Below are positions 22,647 to 33,375 of a stretch of 64,000 nt of DNA, in pieces (the first letter of the stretch is position 1; each line of letters begins with the position of its first letter). The stretch is from the NCBI GenBank assembly GCA_047495785.1, contig JBLDXI010000032.1, positions 4,154,001-4,218,000 on the forward strand, written 5' to 3'. Made by a program: the position numbers and the translations under genes. The notes beneath the pieces were generated by a model. That model saw nothing but the letters and a program-made list of their open reading frames with translations, ran no database searches and was not told the DNA's origin. The stretch comes from Lepidodermella squamata. Its lineage: Eukaryota > Animalia > Gastrotricha.

Positions 22647-23463
22647 GTCTGCATAGTGCGGCGAATAATCCTACATTTTTATTATTCGTAAAAAAATACG
22701 ATGACCATCATACGCAAATAAAAATTGAGTTGGATTGAAGTCCATGAGTGGGACTTATATATGTATAGAGTAAAGAAGAATAAAGAGCATTCGATAGTAT
22801 ATTCCACCTTAAATTATATTACCATAAAGCATAAAAAGCACTCGCACTTGAGATCTAGTTTTAGATATACTTAGATAGATTGGGCTATTATTCTGAAACG
22901 CGACATCAGCTTGAGCAGTAAAAAGGGCGTCCTTTATCCTATTGCAGTTGAACAGTTTCAATAATAGGAAGCATATTACTCAGAGAGCGCTGTTGTCGTC
23001 TAACTTTTGTTTTCCTATTCGACGAAAATTAATTTTTGTGCTGAAAACACCGGCGCTATTTACGGCGTATTGATCATTTTTGTTTTTATCGAAACTCTCA
23101 CCTTGATGGCGCTTCCTCAATGGCGCTTTGTTGTTTTTCGCTCCCTTTGGCAGCAATTTAAAGTCGCGCATTAACGCGCCAATAATTCATAGCGTCACCT
23201 GTTTGACTTATCGATAGGTCAACAAAACAGAGGTTTCACTCCTATATACAGTTTAGCCTTCCTAAATTTCCGTCAAATGTGACAGACTGAGATACTTATG
23301 GGTGAATTTTAGGTAAAAAGAAAAAGAACCAATCGACTGATTCGCGTTTTTATTTAATACGAAAGATTCATGTTTACGCCGCCTTAATTGGTTTAAAAAT
23401 CGTGTACATTTGATTGTTGATATCGATTTTTATCAATTTTCTATTTTCCAATTTAAACTCTCT

Positions 23464-23922
23464 TCAATGAACTAAAATCAAAATGACAATAAGAAAAAGA
23501 AGAGTAGCAAGCAAAACTCTTAGCGAGTAACGGATGAAAGCTCCTAATTCTAGGACGTCGTCATCGATGTTTAGTTGTTGTTGTTTTTTACTCGCGGCCT
23601 TCTCCATCGCCGACAGCGGAACAATCACGGCGCAGCTAATTTCCTCCTTAAGGTAGTTCGGAAGCGTCACAAACGTGTCCACCTTTTTATCACTAGGCGA
23701 AGGCGTCTCGCTTTCTTTGCTTGGCATCGATGAGATTTCCTCGCACTCGATCACAGGAGACAGAATGTCGACCTGATTAGTTCGGCCTGTTTTGACCAAA
23801 AGCGACGCAGGTCTCTGAACTGCGCTGATTGGTTCGACGAACAGGCCAGGGTCGTCTTCTAGACTCGACACAGGCGCGATCTTTCCATTCGTTTTGAACG
23901 GTATTTTCGAGTAAAATCGCAT
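23464..23922 (-). CDS. Tail-anchored protein (member 3)
   Basis: ATG at 23922 (alternative 23982); TM VLLATLLFLIVILILV at the extreme C-terminus; similar to member 4. Confidence 0.75.
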   Translation of the reverse strand: MRFYSKIPFKTNGKIAPVSSLEDDPGLFVEPISAVQRPASLLVKTGRTNQVDILSPVIECEEISSMPSKESETPSPSDKKVDTFVTLPNYLKEEISCAVIVPLSAMEKAASKKQQQLNIDDDVLELGAFIRYSLRVLLATLLFLIVILILVH

Positions 23923-24429
23923 TATCGACTTATTTGATAAAATATTCTGAAAAATGGCCCATTCTGATCTTGAGATATGCATAAATAACATTCGCAAAAA
24001 CTTGTAATGACTATAGTGTAATAAAACAGCGATTTGGGAGCTTATAACGAGAGCGCGTGAAGGAAATTAAATACCGATCAAATTTGAATGCCAAAAAATC
24101 AGGAAACAATTTGTCGGGGAATCCCCTCTGAAAGCTTGAATAAAGAAGAACAAGAAATTAACTGCGGCAAAATAACAAATATTGACCCAAATTCACAGCT
24201 TCATAAGACAGCGAACTGCGAGAATGCGGTCGTTCCGCCTCATCTTTCCGCTCTATCGCGGCCTTATAAAAGACATGAAATTAGGAGTTAAAGTGATGAT
24301 GCCATACACCCATCAGGTGTCATTATCTATAAGATCCCACTATTTTCCGAATTAGAAGAATCGAGAAATTCAGTTTAATGTTTTATTTAAACCTCAAATT
24401 ATAAAAAATAGGGGACAAAACTGTCAAAT

Positions 24430-24948
24430 TCAGTTCCATTTAAAGAAAGTCTCTAGCAAAGATAGCCGCTTTTCGTCCGCATCCTTGAAAGTGATGATGA
24501 AAATCGGCGCAATGAGTAGAACGAGGGTGACGAGGAGAACACACAGCGCAAAGCGAACACACGGCCCAAGGTCAAGTATGCCGTCATCCTCATCAGCAAT
24601 AGGTTCGCGGCTGAAAATTCTCATGACCCGCATAGAAATTCGCCGGCTGATGTTCGATGTTGAATTGACACTGTTGCGCTGACTAAGGGCGGTTTTGGCA
24701 CCACCAGCTGATGATGTAGCATCGGCCATGTTGATTGATATCGACGGTTCAGCTTCGCTACATTCGATCAACGGCGACATAATGGCGACATCAACGTCTT
24801 GAACTCGAACCATAAGTGTAGCAGGTCTTTTCGAGCTATTATCATCGGGAAATGGCGGGACGTAGTAATTCAACTCGGCTCGATTGATGGAAGAGACCGA
24901 GTTCGAAGATAAGGCGGTCTTGCCTTTCTCTGTGCGATTTGACTTCAT
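24430..24948 (-). CDS. Tail-anchored protein (member 4)
   Basis: 172 aa; TM CVRFALCVLLVTLVLLIAPIFII. Confidence 0.8.
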   Translation of the reverse strand: MKSNRTEKGKTALSSNSVSSINRAELNYYVPPFPDDNSSKRPATLMVRVQDVDVAIMSPLIECSEAEPSISINMADATSSAGGAKTALSQRNSVNSTSNISRRISMRVMRIFSREPIADEDDGILDLGPCVRFALCVLLVTLVLLIAPIFIITFKDADEKRLSLLETFFKWN

Positions 24949-25903
24949 TTTCGATAAGTATTCTAAAAAATCGAAACGGAAAAGGAATGAATTTATATGA
25001 TTTCTTAGAAAATGGGCAGCCCGACTAATATCCTGTCCACTTGAGTCCTGTTTCAGGTATCGCCCTAAAAGACATTCAACTATCTTAGTATACTATATAG
25101 AAGTGTTCAATGATAGCGGTAAAATGGGCAAGAATCCTCTCAAAACAAAGGCATGTCCTAAAAATAGTTGAACAAACTAAACTTGCACGCTTATTTCTTC
25201 GAACTCGCCGGATTTTTATTAGCGACGATTATCCGGAAGGATTTAATCAAGGCTGCACTCTGCAAATAATACCTACTTGACGAGTCGGCCCACATTAAAT
25301 AGTAGAAAATCCGTGTTAGCAAAGATAATAGACAGATAATAGATGTTTTAAATTCAGCCTGAAATAGATTGGGTCAGACGCTAGCAATTTAAATCGCTGA
25401 AATGTTTTGAAATTCATGGTTGATCGATTTCATAAAATTGCTTATTACAAATTTTGCCACTTAATTTCTCTCTAGACTGATTTCTCGATAGGTTTCCCGC
25501 CAAAATGCCGACGCTCTGAATCCTAGATTCTAAATGAGCCACCAGATTTATTGCGATGGATTAATTAACGACATCTCGCTATATTGAGGATTGCCAGGTT
25601 TTACTTAAATTGATACCCAAGTTTCGATTCATGAGCTGATAAATAAAGGGATTAGAACTTCGAAATTATAGTCTCCGGTCATATACTTTAGCACTGATAA
25701 TTAAAAGAACCCACTCAAGTTCACGTCCTTGATTACAGCTATATTAAAACTTTACAACGAAGTCCTCTTATTAAATGAAAGTGACATGGATCCACATCGG
25801 AACCTGGTTTTTCGATCGAAAACGTTACTGATATTCGAGAAGACTAAAAATCGGAGAAACCTCAAAAAATCATCGATGTTTTATTAAAATTCAAATCACA
25901 TAA

Positions 25904-26509
25904 TCACAGACTTCCATTCAAGATGCTGAACGAATCAACGAACGATAGTGCTATTGGCACTGATAAAACCAGAAAAATTACGAGAAAAATCAGCACCATT
26001 ATCCGGGTATAAATTGTCATGGCTGACTTTTTCGCTGGCTTCGCAGCTTTTGACGATAGCTCGTACATGCCCTCTACTGTTACGACAGTCGACTTGTTGT
26101 TGCTTGGGACAGCCAGCGGTAAAGAGCCGGACCGCAGGGACGATGCACTGCCCAATTGCTTGCTGCTGCCGAATAAGGCGTGGACTGACGCTTTGTCATC
26201 TTTGATGAACGAATCTCGATGCTTCTCGTTGATTATGAAACCGCCATCGAAAACCTCTCGGTCCGATTCAGCCTCGTCGATGTCGCCAAGGTCGATCTCA
26301 ACAATGCGCTCGCCGCGGTCTACGCTAGGCATACTGACAGCCGACAACTTACGGGTAGCTTTTCCGTCAATCTCCGTGACAATTATGATCGGCCGAATGA
26401 AGTTAACTGGTGATTCAAGCATTGAACTTGCTGTCGGCGACGAGTTGAACTCATCTTCGTCCACCTTAACCGCTTCAAGGGCAAGATATTGCGGTGGCTT
26501 AGTTGTCAT
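25904..26509 (-). CDS. Tail-anchored protein (member 5)
   Basis: ATG at 26509; TM IMVLIFLVIFLVLSVPIALSFV; PPQY and PIIIVT motifs. Confidence 0.8.
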   Translation of the reverse strand: MTTKPPQYLALEAVKVDEDEFNSSPTASSMLESPVNFIRPIIIVTEIDGKATRKLSAVSMPSVDRGERIVEIDLGDIDEAESDREVFDGGFIINEKHRDSFIKDDKASVHALFGSSKQLGSASSLRSGSLPLAVPSNNKSTVVTVEGMYELSSKAAKPAKKSAMTIYTRIMVLIFLVIFLVLSVPIALSFVDSFSILNGSL

Positions 26510-27099
26510 TTTTAGCAAGTAAATTCTAGCAGGAAAAACGAATTATATGTTAGACAATTCAAAGTTTTGAGTGACTAGTTCACGACAATCTTCTGTTTTC
26601 ACATCGGATCAGAGACACAGAAGTCTTCGTGTGATAGCGTAGGTCAACTCCCGTGACGCAGGATTCACCTCTTGAGCTTTCGTGGTTTGATTTTTATTTA
26701 ATCGTGGTTTCATCAAATCAAAGGAAAATAAAGAATTAATTTTAAAAAAAACTGAAAACTGCCGAAGAATTAGAAGTGTTTGTAGAAAAAATTCAATTTT
26801 AGCGCCGGGTCTTACATGAATATTTCCAAGTTTCATCTCACTATATCGCCAGGTTGTGTCCCCGACATTTACAGCTAAAAAATGAAAAGAGCCTTATCTC
26901 TGCTCTAATCATTTCGCCCAGAATAATCGAACATCTGTAAATCTCATTATTTTAGCATTGACCTCCTTATCAGCGACGTAATAATTAGCCCTTGTGGTGA
27001 AGGAATCGAACAAATTCATGTACCTAAACACGCACTTCAATATTTATTCGAGCGCAAAAATGTTATAAAATTGCGAATGATTTGCGATAAAAATAACAA

Positions 27100-27558
27100 T
27101 CAGTTCAATGTCGTAGAGCTGTTTGTTCGTAGAACCGGTGATACCGTGGGTTCTGATGATGTCAGCAATTCGCTGTTTGCACTGTGATGTTTGTAAACTG
27201 TCCATGCGGTCGGAACGACTAGCATGAAAATGAAGACAACGGCAAGGAAAAGACAGAAGAAATTCTCGCAGCAAGAAAGCATCTTCGATTTCGGCCGTGA
27301 CGCGATGACTGTTAGCGACTTCCTCCGGGGCGATAAATTGCCTTTCTTACCGAAAATATACGAGTCATTCGATGACTTGCGTGACCCACATTCCAAGTCA
27401 CCGATCGCTGGAATATAACCAGCATTGCAGAATTCGTTGTAGTTGACGACGTAGCCACAGTTATTAGACAGGTAAAAGTAGCATTCAGAATCTGAACAGC
27501 GTCGATCGTTCAGATAGGGTTCTTCGAGGGTATACAATATAACGCTCTTGGCCACCAT
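27100..27558 (-). CDS. Protein with C-terminal TM anchor (member 6)
   Basis: ATG at 27558; TM FFCLFLAVVFIFMLVVPTAW. Confidence 0.7.
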   Translation of the reverse strand: MVAKSVILYTLEEPYLNDRRCSDSECYFYLSNNCGYVVNYNEFCNAGYIPAIGDLECGSRKSSNDSYIFGKKGNLSPRRKSLTVIASRPKSKMLSCCENFFCLFLAVVFIFMLVVPTAWTVYKHHSANSELLTSSEPTVSPVLRTNSSTTLN

Positions 27559-27949
27559 TTTGTTACCGACCGGAAACAATGATGAAAATTATATGTGATT
27601 TCGAACCATTTTCAGCAATAACATAAACACGTCTCGGCTTCATAAAAACTGTAAAGCCCCTGTTTTCTTGAAAAAACAAAAGCACTTATTTTTTTTTGTT
27701 TCAAAATTTGAAACTTGAATAATAAGGTACGACAGGATTAGCAAGGTGTTTTTTCATGTATCGATCGATTCCAATGAGCCTTGAGACAAAAAGAAGAAAA
27801 AAGTAATGGCAATTGTTAATTTTCTTGGAAATTAAATCCGCTATTCCGAGAATCCGCAAAAATCGATCGAGCCCAAAGTTTACATTATGAATAACAAAAT
27901 AATATAATTTCCCATTTTATTTCATCCTGATAGCGCAGGTGCAAAACAG

Positions 27950-28249
27950 CTAATAGATGCTCACTATTCGAAGTCGGACTAGTACCAGAGTGGTTGCGAT
28001 GGCAATCATCGCCAGAACAAATAGAGCGCAGACTACACAGCCTGTCAGCGTGAAACGATTCGATAATCTCTTTTCCGCCCTATTGTCTAATGTGTCGTGG
28101 GCCAGCAGCTTGGTTGCCTCGTCGGTGTAAACCAGCGGTATCAAGAGGCAGACGGAGGAAGAAGGACTCGTTAGAGAAGTTTCCTGCATGATTTCCGTCA
28201 AAGTCAAACGGATATTTGATGGGCTAGTCGTTTTCTCGGCCGATCCCAT
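27950..28249 (-). CDS. Tail-anchored protein (member 7)
   Basis: 99 aa; TM CVVCALFVLAMIAIATTLVLV. Confidence 0.65.
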   Translation of the reverse strand: MGSAEKTTSPSNIRLTLTEIMQETSLTSPSSSVCLLIPLVYTDEATKLLAHDTLDNRAEKRLSNRFTLTGCVVCALFVLAMIAIATTLVLVRLRIVSIY

Positions 28250-28731
28250 ATCGCAGGTTTTTACAGGTAATAAAATATTGGCAGGTTAAATGCTTTGATT
28301 TTAAATTACTCTGCTAATGATCAAAACATCGGCCTTCATAATATAGCCCGATACCTCTGCAATATATTATTTGCAAATGAATGGCTTTACGGCTTTACGT
28401 GGGTATTTACTGTTTGTGAACAGCTTCTGCTGACGCCGCTTTATCTTGCAAAACAGCTGAAATTGTTTTTATGCTCGAATTTCGTGTCGATTATCTTACA
28501 GATTTCTATTTAATTATTGTTTCATCCGAGTCGCGTGACAAATGAAAGCCGTCATGGTAAAAAAAACACATCGGCAAAAGGTGTGGGTAATATGCCCATT
28601 AGAGACATTCGCAAAAAAATTATTTATTGCCGTAAATGAACACGAAGCCATAATACTACGCAGGCAAAATTCATAAATTGGGACATTATTGCGCCTTTTT
28701 ACACTGCTGATGCAACATCCTAGACCGCATT

Positions 28732-29067
28732 CTATATGCGTTCATGATAAAAGATGAGGACGGCTAGCAAAGTAACGAGAAGTAGGATGCCTATAATTAC
28801 GAAAGTAGCTAACAACATGAATAAGAGCAGCTTCGCCGGTGTCGATTCGCTGCATCTCTTCAAAATTTCGGACTTGTTGTTCAATGCATAGCTCAGCTCG
28901 GCAGCTGTTGGAACATCGACAACGCCGGCTTCTTCATCGTCGCTCGGTGAGTCCGTCGTAAATACGGCGGTGTGGTAGCCTTCGAGCTTGAAAGTGACAC
29001 TCTTACAGCTTGATGATGTTGGCGAAAGTTTCAACAGGCCGCCTTCGATTTCCGTCGGCGATATCAT
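28732..29067 (-). CDS. Tail-anchored protein (member 8)
   Basis: 111 aa; long TM LLLFMLLATFVIIGILLLVTLLAVLIFY; GLLK and KSVTF motifs. Confidence 0.7.
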   Translation of the reverse strand: MISPTEIEGGLLKLSPTSSSCKSVTFKLEGYHTAVFTTDSPSDDEEAGVVDVPTAAELSYALNNKSEILKRCSESTPAKLLLFMLLATFVIIGILLLVTLLAVLIFYHERI

Positions 29068-29285
29068 ATTGCTAAAAACGCAAATTCAAGTGGAAAAAAT
29101 GAGTTATTGAAGTGGTTTTTTTCATGGCTAAAACCTTTGAATCCTTATTCAGATGTACGTTTACGGGGGTTTCATCGCCAATAACGAATTTTCTCTAGCT
29201 GACCAGAGGATGACGCAGATTCTGTCAAAATCTTCTTTTATTCTGGACAAAACGTAGTATATATCAGTTTCATCCACGCCAAATG

Positions 29286-29837
29286 CTAATAGGGCTTCTT
29301 TTCATAAGCAATTTGAATGATTGTCAAAAGCAGCGGGATCAGCAGGATGAGGAACATGACGAAAAAAATGCAAAAGATGAACCTGATGTAGTAAGTTGAG
29401 TTTTTCCACAGTGTCGATATGTTTTGCTGCTCGTCGGGTGGCTCGTCGAACTCGGCGAAATGATAGTGATTGCGGTTAGCACCCGACACCCGGTAGTAGC
29501 GTGGCTTCGAAACTGCCCGTTGGCCATTGCTGGCTAGGCTTGTCTTGTAATACGTTGTCGATTTTCGCCGCTCCTCCGTTACAACCACGATAGAATGTTT
29601 CGGCGGAATATCCTCGATAGAAATGATCTCATTGCTGCTGGTATTTGACTCATTCGCTGACGTAGTGGACGCTTTGACAGCAGCGCCATAAGACTGAGGT
29701 TTGTCGCCTATTTTCAGACCATCCTCGCTATCGAGAAGCGCATCGTTAGATGTGCAGTCCTGATTCTCGACCACACCAGTTCTATCAAAAACCGCCGTCT
29801 CATTGCCTTCAAAGCAATGCTTAGCCCAACTGGTCAT
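29286..29837 (-). CDS. Tail-anchored protein (member 9)
   Basis: ATG at 29837; TM FIFCIFFVMFLILLIPLLLTII. Confidence 0.8.
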   Translation of the reverse strand: MTSWAKHCFEGNETAVFDRTGVVENQDCTSNDALLDSEDGLKIGDKPQSYGAAVKASTTSANESNTSSNEIISIEDIPPKHSIVVVTEERRKSTTYYKTSLASNGQRAVSKPRYYRVSGANRNHYHFAEFDEPPDEQQNISTLWKNSTYYIRFIFCIFFVMFLILLIPLLLTIIQIAYEKKPY

Positions 29838-30585
29838 CACTTGTGCCAATAACAGTGTCTAAAACAAAATTTCCAATTCGAGCGAGTTTGCAGATTTCCC
29901 TACTTCCTATAATTTTTCACGAGGACACACATGACACATGTAAGTAAAGACAATTATTAAGGCTGCGGCTCCAATCAATAAACCGCGAAAGAATGGTTGG
30001 GGAAAATGATAGCAGAAAGAAAAAATCTTGAGAATGGCATGGGGCTTGACAACAATTAAGTTCAAACCAAGTTGAAAAGCTCCTCGAGAACTCATCGAAT
30101 GTTGGTTCAACAGCTGTGCTAAGCTATCGGAAAAAAGAATTTGACGCAATAACCTTGCATACCTTATGAGCGCGAATAAAATATCAAATTGCTGATAGAG
30201 TACGCATTTTTCCGGCGTTCCATACAATTTAAAGTCAGGTTCGAACAACCAGGTGACTCGGAAGCGCCTGTTCTCAGCCAAAGGTGCGCTTTCAGCTTTT
30301 CAGACGCGCGGTGTCGGCTTTGAAACGTCTATCAGGAAAGAATACACTCCCCCGGCGAAGTTGGGAATAGCGTCAAATTTACATTCACTTATCTTCTTAG
30401 TGCTTGTCTATTTCATTATTTTTCGAATAATCGATCAAATTTTCATCCGTCTAATTCCCAGGCCAAGTTGCCACAAGTCATAAAAGGATTAATTATAATC
30501 AGCGAAATTCAGAACATGACCGCCGACCTGATTATTCATCATCATCCTCATTTATTTTATTTCGAACAATCATTTAACGAGTTCA

Positions 30586-30999
30586 TCAATTAGACAACTT
30601 TGCCGCTTGCTGTTGGCGATGGTAAATTGATAAGAACAGTAGTAGAAGAATTACAAGTAGCATGATCATTAAGGTTCCGAGGGCGAATTTGACCCAAGTT
30701 TTCATTGAATCTGGAGCCTTGATCTGGTTGCCTAGCAGCGGCGCCTCGGAGCCAACCGGGGTCTGCCTCACCGGCTTACCAGCGGCTTCGACCTCTTGTT
30801 GTCTGAGAAACTCCTGGTAGTCGTTTTTGCCCGGCGAAAGCACTTCGACGGCTATCAACTCGCCAGGGTGAGACATCGACTCCTTGAGGGCAGCCTTTTT
30901 AGTGCCATTGTTTTTCGCAATCTCCTGGCCAACTGGCGAAAGCTCGAGCCGACCTGGTTTCGGCGGCTTCTGTTGCAAAGGCTGCATTTCACGGCTCAT
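30586..30999 (-). CDS. Tail-anchored protein (member 10)
   Basis: 137 aa; TM FALGTLMIMLLVILLLLFLSIY. Confidence 0.8.
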   Translation of the reverse strand: MSREMQPLQQKPPKPGRLELSPVGQEIAKNNGTKKAALKESMSHPGELIAVEVLSPGKNDYQEFLRQQEVEAAGKPVRQTPVGSEAPLLGNQIKAPDSMKTWVKFALGTLMIMLLVILLLLFLSIYHRQQQAAKLSN

Positions 31000-32106
31000 C
31001 GGCAGGTTAGAGAGTAATCAAAAGTAAATTCATCGACAAGAAAAAGTACTTTTGGGAAAAATTGTCTGTAACCTTTTTTCTATGTGTGCTCAGCGTAACT
31101 AAATGGATCGATATATTAAAGCGCAGCCGTCAAGTTAATTAGATTTTCTGCGTAAAATTTCCAGGTAATCGAATGCGATCAGACGATTTCTTAGTGGCTA
31201 CACGTGTATGCTGTAATTTGCCGCTGACACATTTCAGCTATTTGGCTCGCTGATCAAGCAAAAATATAGAACAGCATCAATAAATCAATAAAATCAAATT
31301 AAAACTGATTTGCATTGTTATTCATCACAAGTGCGCAAAATTATGATTTGGATAACACCCGGACAACCGACGTCATCCTGATGATTGAAATCGACAGCTG
31401 TATCTCTGACGACAACCGACATATAGGAGATACAAAAAAGTGAATCAACCTGCAGTTGAATATAGATCAAATATACTTGGCAACGAGGGATTGCGACTTA
31501 TATCTCATAATAATTTTTCTCCAGTATCTCGTTAAAATCCTACATTACTCTTTACATATTTCCAGTCAGCTTTGCCGGCATAAGCTGGCTTTGACTGAAA
31601 CATGATCCGTCATGATGGAAACAAAATTTAAATCTCGTTATAATCGAAGATGGAAATTGTATAATTTTGCTGTTAATCTATGCCTTTTTCCATATTAGCG
31701 CTAAATTCGGACAAAAGTTCTCCTCACCTTTCAATCCGATGTGAACTTGACTTAAGAAACGGCTTCAGATATTCCAAATTTCAGCGGATGTTATAAGAAT
31801 TAAGGAAAAAGAAAGGAATTCGCACGAAAAACGAAGCCTGATGATTGTTTGTAAAATTGAAAATTATGTAATAAAAAATCCGCAAAATGTCTCGCCAATC
31901 ACATGTTTGACCCGAAAAACAGATTTCTCAATTTCTGCTGAAAGAATTTGAGTGGCTTCTGTGGTTTTTCATGCCACCCCGTCAGCAAATCTAATTTTCC
32001 CTCTTACAAGATGACGATTCGTTCTCAGGTTAATTTATTTTGATTTTATCAGTGTGAACTGTGAACAAACATGAAAAATTCCTTGAAAGCAATAGGTTCC
32101 CGAGCT

Positions 32107-32802
32107 TCAAATTAATCGGCCCGATCGAGCTACAGCAATAGCGATCGGGAATAGAAATATCGCCAGTGTGATAACTAGGACACAAAGACTGAATTTAACG
32201 CAAGACGAAATGGGCAACGTTTGACCAGCATTTATCACCCCTCCTCGGCCGTCCTCGAGCAGATTGACCCGTAGTAGAGCGGCCGTTGATGAAGCTGGGG
32301 ATAAACACATTTTATCACTGCTCATCGGCGAATATACGCTGTTTTGCTGGCTGATTGGCATCATCACACCGTAGCTAGCAGTAGTCTGATAATAAGCGTT
32401 ACTCGGGGTGAATGATAGCAGCTGTTGTTGATAGTTATTATTTTCAGCCATCGGCTTCGCTGGTGGTTGCTGAGCTTCGTAAGCTGGCGGCGATCCAGGC
32501 GTGGTTGGCTGATTTTCGTCTACATTGAACGTAACGCCCCTCGTCGAGCCAGTCGACGCGACGTCAGCCTTGTCCAGATTTTCGGAACTGCCTCGCGGTT
32601 GCTTCAAAATGCCGCTGCCATTCGGAGACAACGCGCCACCGCCGACCGCCACCGATTTCGTCTTGCATAGCTTCGCCTTCTCGTTGCTCGCATCGTTCGG
32701 GTCAAGGCAAGTCGCGGTTGATGATAACTGCCGTTGAACAGCCCTTCTCGCTGGTTTTTTAGTGCTCCAAGGCGAAACTTTCAACACAAGTAACGACGCC
32801 AT
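32107..32802 (-). CDS. Tail-anchored protein (member 11)
   Basis: 231 aa; TM CVKFSLCVLVITLAIFLFPIAIAV; GILK, RGVTF and PPAY motifs. Confidence 0.8.
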   Translation of the reverse strand: MASLLVLKVSPWSTKKPARRAVQRQLSSTATCLDPNDASNEKAKLCKTKSVAVGGGALSPNGSGILKQPRGSSENLDKADVASTGSTRGVTFNVDENQPTTPGSPPAYEAQQPPAKPMAENNNYQQQLLSFTPSNAYYQTTASYGVMMPISQQNSVYSPMSSDKMCLSPASSTAALLRVNLLEDGRGGVINAGQTLPISSCVKFSLCVLVITLAIFLFPIAIAVARSGRLI

Positions 32803-33375
32803 TTAAAAAATGCAAGTGGTTATTCCGAAGGAAGTCCTTGCTCCTACTCGAATCGAAAAAAGACGAATATATAGCTGTGCTGCTGTAATCTCGTAATGGA
32901 ATTTCGTGATAGTGTCAAAATATCAAAATGAATGGGATAGAGCGCGGCGCGCGACGAGGATAATTTATAGCAGCGGAATTCGACGCTCTCGCGTAGTGAT
33001 TAAGTGACGAGGTCCGCTTAATCCGCCCTCGGTCGCTGTCAGGTGAAACGCACCCACTGACATGAACGAATTCGACTCCTGAAGTGTAACTAATTGCTAT
33101 TAAATATCTCAAAATAATGCAATCAGGCTTAATGGAATTAAAAATACCCATACCACCTGATGGCATAAATTACGTCATGAACCGCGCTGTCCCAAATGAA
33201 ACTTAAATTCATCTTTGAAGGTGCTTTAAAGATTACTTAGAACTATACAGCGATTGAAGATCAAAGCTAAAAGAGCAAACATGACATATAGGTAGGTATT
33301 TAAAAACGCGCTTTATTGCCAAAGCAGATGAAACTAGAAAAAACGACAAGGAACAAAAGTAGGACTGTCTGGGAT

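Noticed and set aside
25439-25451. Short similarity to a remembered rotifer spliced-leader start (gcttattacaa)
   Set aside because: Only about 11 nt match, with no donor site or Sm-binding site following; likely chance.
26019-26522. 167-aa plus-strand ORF and similar long antisense ORFs (for example 47173-47661, 9258-9683)
   Set aside because: Antisense shadows of better-supported genes on the opposite strand.
29907-30281. Minus-strand ORF with a hydrophobic C-terminal end, a possible 12th array member
   Set aside because: Starts at TTG with an in-frame stop just upstream; composition is not disordered like the others and the TM signature is absent.
31562-31600. Small hairpin (cagctt-tgccggca-t-aagctg), a possible Helitron end or miRNA
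   Set aside because: Too short, no CTRR terminus nearby, no second copy in the window.
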